NCBI GenBank assembly: GCA_043228905.1
Contig: JBHGNT010000680.1
Location: forward strand, 1 to 17,871
Direction of reading: 5' to 3'
Length of the DNA stretch: 17,871 bases
Source of the DNA: Azolla caroliniana
Taxonomy: Eukaryota; Plantae; Polypodiophyta
Shown: piece by piece, positions 1-7,737 of the stretch
How the letters are laid out: each line of letters opens with the position of its first letter
Position numbering within the stretch: the first letter of the stretch is position 1
Notes under the pieces: model-generated
What the model saw: only the letters and a program-made list of their open reading frames with translations
The model's database searches: none
What the model was told of the DNA's origin: nothing
Position numbers and translations under genes: made by a program

Positions 1-169
1 AGGCTCCTTCTTGGCTATGATCTATCTCATCTCAAGTGTGGAGACTGGCTTGATTGAAGTATTTTGGAACGATAATAACTTTCGTGCCACACATAATAGA
101 AAAATGGAAATGCCATCTTTATCTGTAAATGTCAAGATTGTCTGCATTCAATCACATGAGATGTGGATA

Positions 170-371
170 TTCTTATATCTGTGATTTAGCATATATCCTT
201 TCATGGAACAAACTGTACTTTGTGGCTTGTATGACAGAAATGCGATGGAGTTTTTTACATCCGTGATTTGGCATAACAGAAATATGATGGATTTTCTTAC
301 ATCTGTGATTTTGCATAAATCCTTGCATGGGAACAAACTGTACTCTGCAGCTTGCATAACAGAAATGCGAT
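170..371. repeat. Degenerate tandem duplication (~124-bp period with internal sub-repeat) in upstream ABCB intron
   Basis: ttcttaYatctgtgattt.gcata.atcctt.catgg(g)aacaaactgtact...acagaaatgcgat at ~170-246 and ~294-371; partial third copy at ~251-288. Confidence 0.8.
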
Positions 372-754
372 TAATGTTTTGAAGCATGCTGTAGGAGAAC
401 ATGTAGCCACTGGAAAATATCTCCCATTCTAAATCTCTTACCCTTTTAGTTGCATGGTGCTGTGCTGTAAAGCTTCACCATTTATAATTGAAAGTTGCAG
501 CTGTTTTTACCATCTATACCACTTTTCCTAGAGTTAAAAAGCACTGCCTGACTTTCCTACATCTCTATGCCAGGAAGCATTTTAGCTTGTATTGTGTGAG
601 CAAGGCTTCCTGTAAATTGTTCAATATTAACGTTTTTCCACACAATATTTTTGTTATTCAAACCAGAAAATGCCAAAGTATAGATAGAAGCATTTCCATG
701 GGTGAGGGATTGTTCCATACTTTAAATACATGTATTGATATTGCCTCCTCAGAA

Positions 755-964
755 TGTTTTCCAGTGACAAGGTACAAATTGCAACCATGGAGGAAAAATT
801 AAAGCCAGCAAATGCAATTGAGTAAGGAGTGAGTGCAAAGAATGGTTTGAAGCTTTGTTTTCCTAGTGACAAGCTACAAATTGCCATATTAAAGGAAAAA
901 CCAAAGAGCTGCAAATACAACTGAATAAAAAGAGGATACAGAGAATGGCTTGAAGCTATGTTTT
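755..964. repeat. Degenerate tandem duplication (~102 bp x2) in ABCB intron
   Basis: tgtttt.c..agtgacaag.tacaaattgc...aggaaaaa...gcaaat.caa.tga...agaatgg.ttgaagct starting at 755 and 856. Confidence 0.8.
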
Positions 965-1210
965 GAGTATTTACTAACATTTTGAGATTTTGAGTAGTCA
1001 TTCTTGCAAGAGACTTATCATTTGTGCTAGCATAGAGCTTATTGTAGTAAGGGTTCTAAGCATGCTTTTGCCTGTGATACCACGGCTCATATACGCATGC
1101 TTATTTTTTGGCACTGATGTTTCTTCATTAGGTGGTAATTTCACATGTGGAAAGATGCATATTGATTTGATAATACTTGATAACTGGAATTGAATTCTTA
1201 TGGATCTTAG

Positions 1211-1470
1211 GCAATATCACAAATCCGGACTGTCTACTCGTTTGTCGGAGAGGAGAAGACTATTGATACATTTAGTGCAGCATTGCAAACTTCTTTGAAA
1301 CTTGGAAAGAAAGGTGGAATGGCAAAAGGAATTGGTATGGGCTGTACCTATGGAGTACTTTTTGGTGCATGGGCCTTACTACTATGGTATGCGAGCACCT
1401 TGGTTATTCATAAGGTGACAAATGGTGGCCAGGCTTTCACAACAATTTTGAATGTGATTATTAGTGGCAT
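1211..1470 (+). CDS. ABCB exon (end of TMD1)
   Basis: cttag|GCA ATA TCA CAA ... [16 protein letters not shown]...[12 protein letters not shown]; donor GGCAT|gtaagt, phase 2. Confidence 0.93.
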
Positions 1471-4400
1471 GTAAGTTTTAACTTTTCACAGTTCTTTCAC
1501 ATTGTAAGTCATATCAATTGCTTGCAATTAAGTACTTCTATGATTATCTAGATCACTAGGTCAGGCAGCACCCAACTTAACTGCATTTGGTAAAGGAAAG
1601 GCTGCAGGTTACAATATTCTTCAAATGATAAAATCTAAACCTGTAATCAATGCCAGTCATCTTGAAGGGCAGATCCTGGCTCAAGTTGATGGATACATAG
1701 AACTGTCTAATGTATGCTTCAGCTACCCTTCTAGGCCAGATGTGGTTATTTTTAACAACTTCAACTTGGAAATTCCTTCCGGAAAATCTATGGCATTAGT
1801 AGGTGGAAGTGGTTCAGGAAAAAGCACGGTGATTTCTCTGATTGAGCGCTTCTATGATCCCATATCTGGTGAGTATCTCCGAGAATCTAAAGCTATGTTT
1901 TCCCGAGCAGTATGGCTGGTCTGTGCAATTTATTATTGTTCAGATGCTTTGCAGGAAAGGTATTGATCGATGGCCATGATATAAAAACTTTACAGCTCAA
2001 GTGGCTTAGAACACAAATTGGATTAGTAAACCAAGAGCCTGCTCTATTTGCAACTAGTATTATGGAAAACATACTTTATGGCAAGGATGGTGCAGATTTG
2101 AGAGCTGTGCACATGGCTGCGAAAGCTGCAAATGCTCATTCTTTTATTGAGCAGCTTCCTAATGGATATGCTACACAGGTATAATGATATTCCAGGAAAG
2201 TTAACTTGGTGTTCCTGTATGCATGGAAAATATTTTTTTATCGTACACCTTGCATCACCAGGTAGGTGAACGAGGGGTACAATTGTCTGGAGGTCAAAAG
2301 CAACGGATTGCAATAGCAAGGGCAATGCTGAAGAACCCATCCATCCTTCTCCTTGATGAGGCCACAAGTGCACTAGATGCAGCCTCTGAGCATTTGGTAC
2401 AAGAAGCATTGGATCAACTTATGGTTGGAAGGACAACAATTATTGTGGCACACCGTCTCTCAACCATTCGAAATGCTGATACAATTGCTGTGATCAAACT
2501 TGGCAAAGTTGTGGAGTTGGGAACACATGATCAGCTCATGTCTAAAGGTGAAACTGGGGAATATTTTGGTCTGATCAAATTTCAGGATTCTTCTTTGAAC
2601 AGGACAAACTCAAGAACTACAGCTTCAACTAAGTACTCCCAGTAAGCCTGTAATCTTTATATTTATGGGCAATTACCCTCACGATCTCTTTAGCATTTGA
2701 CTAAACATGATTAGCTTTTCATGTCAGGGAGCTAGCAAGGAATTCGTACACATCTTTTACATTGTCGAAAACCCTGAGCTCACATTCGTCAAGCATGCAT
2801 TCTTTTGCTTTTGAATCAGATTTGTATCCACCAGTTGAGCCAGGTGATAACTATAGCAAGAAACCAGCATCTGCACCTATATTCTGGAGGCTTCTCAAAT
2901 TAAATCTTCCTGAGTGGCCATATGCACTATTGGGAACAATAGGTGCTATCATGGCAGGGGTTGAGACTCCCCTTTTTGCATTGGCTATAAGTCAAGTGTT
3001 GATTACCTTCTACAGTCCAGATATACCACATATGAAGTATGAAGTTCGTAAAGTGGCCCTTATTTTCGCTGGTGCATCCGTTGCAACTGTGTTCATTTAC
3101 GTTATGCAGCATTATTTCTTCACACTCACCGGGGAGTATTTGACTGCACGCATACGGAAGATGATGTTTTCAAGTAGGTTTCTTCCCTTTTTAATTTGTC
3201 TATTAATCTACTTTGAGGAGAGTACCTGCATGTTAGTAGAAGAGTACCTGCATGTTTGTTGGTAGAGAGAGAAATTGTTTCAGTTCAAGAATTTGTGGAA
3301 TGATATCCCATTGAATTTCTTCAAAGGGAAATTTCTGATTGATATTTACTTCCATAGAATGAACTATACGTATCATACGTGCATTCACATTCGAGAATGA
3401 TTCAATCAAACGTGTATGGTAAATCATCTCGAAGTTGGATTGGATTGATTATGGTCTATATTATATATTGATTCACTCTCAATCCCAATAAGTGGACTCT
3501 AATCCATTGTGAACCACCAACATAAGTATGGTTGCAATATTTGCATTGTATCACATGCATACCTTTGGAATGCTTCTTAAGAATCAAGACATCTCTATCC
3601 TCCTCACCTTAGAACTTTACAAAAAATGAGTATGAACTATAGAGATTGAATCAAAATATGACATTATAAATTATAACCAAATGTTCAAAAACTCATAAAA
3701 CGTATATTCGAGAGTATGAAGAAAACATGACATAGGCAGTAGTAGCATAACAACTTACCACTAGGGTGAGCTAATTTCTAATAACAAAGAAAGAAAAAAA
3801 AGGAACATGACACTAACATAAAATTTTGCCATGACATGACACTAACGAAAGGATATAAGAAAATTGGGAATTGAACCCAAGACATAAGCAATAGTAGCAT
3901 GACAACTTACCACTAGGTTGAGCTAATTTCTAATAATGAAGAAAGAAAAAAAAGAAAAAAAGAAAAAAAATGACACTAACATAAAATTTTGATATGACAT
4001 GACACTAACGAGAGAGAGATGAGAAAATTGGGAATTGAACTCAAGACATAGACAACAATAGCATGACAACTTACCTCTAGGGTGAGCTGATTTGTGATGA
4101 TAATAAATGAAAAAAAGGAAACAAAAAAGGAGCACACATTTTTCCCTTTTCAAACGTTTGAATGCTTGCACGAACACGTTTATTATGGTCTATGTGTACT
4201 TCCTTTCCATTGCTTATCGAGTACTTAGAACTGCTTTTGTCATTCTCCAATATGTTTGATATTTTATAATTTGCTTTCAATAAGAAATTTGACTGGTATT
4301 GGGAGTGATTAGAGTGGATGTTTGGATTCCAACTGTTTCCCTCATGAATCATGATGTAACCTAGGTGGATTTTCAAAAATTCTTCTCTCAGACTTGTCAC

Positions 4401-6394
4401 TAAGATCCATATTTGGATGCTGATATGGGGAAAGCACTTACAGTGATGGTTTCGTTTCATAATGGTTCCAATTTACTGGCAGGGGAAAAATGACATGATA
4501 GAACTCGTTTCTTATCTGTGGTAAAGATAGATAGATCTTACTATTATCCTTGGAACGGATATCAAATATTATATGCTGATCCAAAAGAAGCAATTTCCTG
4601 TAGTGTGTCTAGGGCTTATCAGAATATGCAACAACCCTTAACTTGTCCTTTTGTTTTGATGAAGCGTGCTGCATCACAGATTTATTTTATTTGGAAATAA
4701 AGTCCTGATATGCCGTATGTGTTGGGACCTGATGTAGATTAGAAACATGTGTCTTGGGTTGTTGGCTAATATTTGGAGTTTAGGCTCTTGGCAAATAAAC
4801 GGTATAGCCCTAGTATAATAAAGCACTCTTTTTCTGTTGCTTTTGTAGACATTCTTCACAATGAAGTAGGCTGGTTTGATCTGGATCAAAATAACAGTAA
4901 TTTACTGGCATCAAGATTGTCTACTGATGCCACATTTGTTAGAGCTGCTGTGGCAGATCGATTGTCAAGCATAACACAGAACATTGCACTTGCAGTAACA
5001 GCTTTTGTGATCGCATTTATCATGGAATGGCGTGTGACTCTAGTAATACTTGCAACCTATCCTCTTCTTATTGGAGCATCAGTTGGCGAGGTACATGTCG
5101 TGCCCACATATTTTCCCTTTGAAACTCTTTTTTTTTAAGAACTCTCCCTTTTGATGTATTGTACCTGCTGTAACAGCAATTATTCCTCAAAGGCTTTGGA
5201 GGAAATCTTGGGAAAGCTTATGCCCGTGCCAGTATGGTGGCAGGAGAGGCTGTGAGCAATATTCGCACAGTTGCTGCTTTCTGTGCTGAAGACAAGATAT
5301 TAGATTTATTTACGTCTGAATTGAACGTTTCAAGCAAAAGGCTATGGTTAAGAGGACAACTGAGTGGTATAGGCTATGGTATTTCACAATGCTGCATGTA
5401 TGGTTCATATGGTTTGGCTCTCTGGTATGCATCAGTACTAGTTAAACATCAAGAGACCAACTTTGGAAATGTGATGAAGGCATTCATGGTGCTTATTTTA
5501 ACAGCATATGGAGTTGCAGAAACAATTGCAATGGCTCCAGACATTGTTAAGGGTTCACAAGCATTAGCTTCAGTATTTGCTATCATCGATAGGAAGTCAG
5601 AAATTGAGCCAAATGATCCACTTGCAATAGTTGTTACTCAAGTAAAAGGGTCAATTGAACTGCAGCATGTTGTGTTCAAATATCCTGCTAGACCAGATGT
5701 TCAAGTATTCGAGGATTTGAGTCTACGCATTCACTCCGGCCATAGCCTTGCTGTGGTTGGGCCCAGTGGGTCTGGAAAGAGTTCTGTAATTGCCCTTGTT
5801 GCAAGGTTTTATGATCCTCAAGCAGGGGTAGTCTTAATTGATGGAAAAGATATAAAAAAGCTTAACCTTCGCTCTCTACGACGACACCTTGCTCTTGTAC
5901 AGCAAGAGCCTGCTCTCTTTGCCACTACCATTTATGAAAATATCAAGTATGGATCGGATAATGCGTCTGAAGCAGAGGTGATTGCAGCAGCTAAGGCTGC
6001 CAATGCACATGGTTTCATCACATCACTTCCACAAGGATATCAAGCAGATGTAGGAGAGAGAGGAATGCAACTCTCTGGAGGTCAAAAACAACGTGTTGCA
6101 ATTGCGCGAGCTGTGTTGAAGAATCCAGCAATTTTACTGCTTGATGAAGCCACAAGTGCATTGGATGCTGAATCAGAGAAGGTTGTCCAAGATGCACTGG
6201 ATCGGTTAATGAAAGGACGCACGTCAGTGGTTGTTGCTCATCGTCTCTCTACCATTCGTGGTGCTGATAACATTGCAGTGTTGCAAGATGGTCAGGTGGT
6301 AGAGCATGGTAACCATAAGCACCTTATCAATAAACCTAGAGGCATATATGCTCAGCTAGTTAGCTTGCAACAACATATTAACAGAAATCCTTGA
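1211..6394 (+). CDS. ABCB13-like: ABC transporter B family (full-size ABCB/MDR/P-glycoprotein), 5'-partial; join(1211-1470,1552-1868,1955-2178,2262-2641,2728-3173,4849-5090,5177-6394)
   Basis: Seven exons with GT-AG boundaries splice in frame to 3087 nt (1028 aa + TGA). Domain order: end of TMD1, NBD1 ([39 protein letters not shown]), linker, TMD2, NBD2 ([39 protein letters not shown]). From memory it most resembles the ABCB13/14 group ([48 protein letters not shown]), with some ABCB2/10- and ABCB19-like stretches, so the exact subclade is uncertain. No earlier exon seen in 1-1210. Confidence 0.96.
1552..1868 (+). CDS. ABCB exon (NBD1 Walker A)
   Basis: tctag|A TCA CTA GGT CAG; [19 protein letters not shown]...FSYPSRPD...GGSGSGKST...RFYDP; donor TCTG|gtgagt. 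Confidence 0.94.
1955..2178 (+). CDS. ABCB exon (NBD1 Q-loop)
   Basis: ttgcag|GA AAG GTA; [35 protein letters not shown]...GYATQ; donor CAG|gtataa. Confidence 0.94.
2262..2641 (+). CDS. ABCB exon (NBD1 signature/Walker B)
   Basis: accag|GTA GGT GAA; [39 protein letters not shown]...AHRLSTIR; donor CCCA|gtaagc. Confidence 0.93.
2728..3173 (+). CDS. ABCB exon (linker and start of TMD2)
   Basis: tgtcag|G GAG CTA; ...[26 protein letters not shown]...[22 protein letters not shown]; donor TCAA|gtaggt. Confidence 0.9.
3729..4093 (-). repeat. Tandem array (~152-164 bp, about 2.3 copies) of tRNA-like head plus T-rich tail; SINE-like
   Basis: On +, units start with gacata at 3729, 3881 and 4045. On -, each reads ...AGCTCAACCTAGTGGTAAGTTG...TGTCTTGGGTTCAATTCCCAA... 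(A-box/D-loop and B-box/T-loop like), followed by a T-rich tail. Confidence 0.75.
4849..5090 (+). CDS. ABCB exon (TMD2)
   Basis: ttttgtag|AC ATT CTT; [10 protein letters not shown]...[21 protein letters not shown]...[22 protein letters not shown]; donor GAG|gtacat. Confidence 0.94.
5177..6394 (+). CDS. ABCB terminal exon (end of TMD2 and NBD2)
   Basis: taacag|CAA TTA TTC; QLFLKGFGG continues in frame into the 386-aa ORF 5234-6394, which has a complete NBD2; TGA at 6392-6394. Confidence 0.96.
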   Translation, partial: QLFLKGFGGNLGKAYARASMVAGEAVSNIRTVAAFCAEDKILDLFTSELNVSSKRLWLRGQLSGIGYGISQCCMYGSYGLALWYASVLVKHQETNFGNVMKAFMVLILTAYGVAETIAMAPDIVKGSQALASVFAIIDRKSEIEPNDPLAIVVTQVKGSIELQHVVFKYPARPDVQVFEDLSLRIHSGHSLAVVGPSGSGKSSVIALVARFYDPQAGVVLIDGKDIKKLNLRSLRRHLALVQQEPALFATTIYENIKYGSDNASEAEVIAAAKAANAHGFITSLPQGYQADVGERGMQLSGGQKQRVAIARAVLKNPAILLLDEATSALDAESEKVVQDALDRLMKGRTSVVVAHRLSTIRGADNIAVLQDGQVVEHGNHKHLINKPRGIYAQLVSLQQHINRNP

Positions 6395-6702
6395 ATATAA
6401 TGTTAACTTTCTTGGAGTGTTTCCATGTCCATTCAAGTTCGGAAATTTGAAGGGCTGTGATTCTACATAAGGCCAAGGCCATCAATTGTCAGTAATGTAC
6501 ATTGTATTTTTTGGGGGGTTTAGGGATAACTTTTTCTATTTCTCTAAGAGGTGTTTCTGTGAGCACAATTGCTTGCATGCTGGAAGAGGGGCATGTAATA
6601 AGTTAAATGGAGGAAACACTCGAGTCAAAAAACTCGATTCAACATTATAGTTTATATTCATTTAATCTAGTAGCCATGGCCCATTAATCTGTTCATTTTG
6701 AA

Positions 6703-7052
6703 AATTTATAACCTACAAGCTAATTGCCTTTCAGTGAAAATTGATGTGAAACATTTGAATAACCATCCAGATGTTCTAGAGAATTCTTTCATAACATTAA
6801 TCCCAGGCATCTGAGATTGTTATACATACATAAAAGTGTTTTGTAACCCAATAACAAGGTGTTTGGTTCAACATTAATTTTTCAGAATTTACAACTTACA
6901 AGCTAATTGCCTTGCAGTGAACATTGATGTAAATCATTCAACTAGCCATCCAGATGTTATAGAATTCTTCCTTAACATTAAGCTCAGGCATCTGAGGTTG
7001 TTATACATAGATGAAAGTGTTTTGTAACCCACTAACAAGGAGTTTGGCTCAA
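6703..7052. repeat. Tandem duplication (~183-bp period, 2 copies) between the convergent 3' ends of ABCB and HY5
   Basis: aattta.aac.tacaagctaattgcctt.cagtgaa.attgatgt...ccatccagatgtt...caggcatctgag.ttgttatacata...aaagtgttttgtaaccca.taacaagg.gtttgg.tcaa at 6703-6871 and 6886-7052. Confidence 0.9.
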
Positions 7053-7689
7053 AGCATTTAAAAGGGTAAAGTATTCCCAATCTGAATAACCATTTGCTAT
7101 GTTACATATGCTTGGATTATGGTGTAGTGAGTAGAATTGTATCACAATTTTGAGATACTTTACAAAAGCAGCTCAGCTCCACATCAAATACATTTAATGG
7201 TAAGCATTCTGGATGTAATAGAGCTAAACATGGACAATAAGAACTTCTGCAGCACTTGGTAGTTCAGAGAAAAACATCAGCCCTTGAGTTGTGCAGGTTC
7301 AAAATATCAATTCTGGAAAAAAAAAACAATCACCTCCACCTCAAACAATAAGATACACCCTCACATTAAGAGTATCAAAGAACAATACGCTGTTTGGAGA
7401 CCAACAACCTGATGAGAATGATGTCACAAGTAAAAATGCTGAGGGAAAAACTCCGAAATTCCTATTTTCTTTGTTTCCCAGAATGCAGTTGATCAACACC
7501 CAAAGAAGCAATTACATTAGCTATTTAAGTTTCTTCCCTTTTTTCTAACAATTATGACACAGGGCGTTTTGGGAGTCAACCAGAACTTGCGAGCATTTTG
7601 GGAAATGTAGAAAAACATGGGCATCTAGGACTTTTTCCTTAAATATTAAATGCACTTTAATGCTTCCGCTGCCCGCATCATTACCTTGT

Positions 7690-7737
7690 TTATCCTCTGG
7701 AATTTTCATTTGTCGATGAGGTACTGCTCCTTATAAC
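7690..7737 (-). CDS. HY5-like terminal coding exon (predicted)
   Basis: ttccag|GTT ATA AGG AGC; [18 protein letters not shown], phase 0, resembling the ILKNTT-type HY5 tail. Confidence 0.6.
   Translation of the reverse strand, partial: VIRSSTSSTNENSRG

Noticed and set aside
148-1193. ORFs 148-402, 488-802, 654-1001 and 990-1193
   Set aside because: No recognisable domains; AT-rich sequence overlapping tandem duplications inside the presumed upstream ABCB intron.
2044-3112. Minus-strand ORFs 2044-2409 and 2927-3112
   Set aside because: Antisense shadows of ABCB exons with no independent motifs.
3858-3931. Functional tRNA gene
   Set aside because: D- and T-arm-like parts are present, but the acceptor and anticodon stems do not pair properly; treated as a tRNA-derived repeat.
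3729-4093. CRISPR-like array
   Set aside because: Whole units are repeated with no unique spacers, the context is a eukaryotic intron, and there are no cas genes.
3233-4889. ORFs within the long ABCB intron (3233-3427, 3923-4177, 4077-4460, 4518-4700, 4674-4889)
   Set aside because: Low-complexity or repeat-derived translations with no family resemblance.
7291-7548. 85-aa + strand ORF
   Set aside because: Non-ATG start, no motifs, and located in the probable HY5 3' UTR region on the opposite strand.
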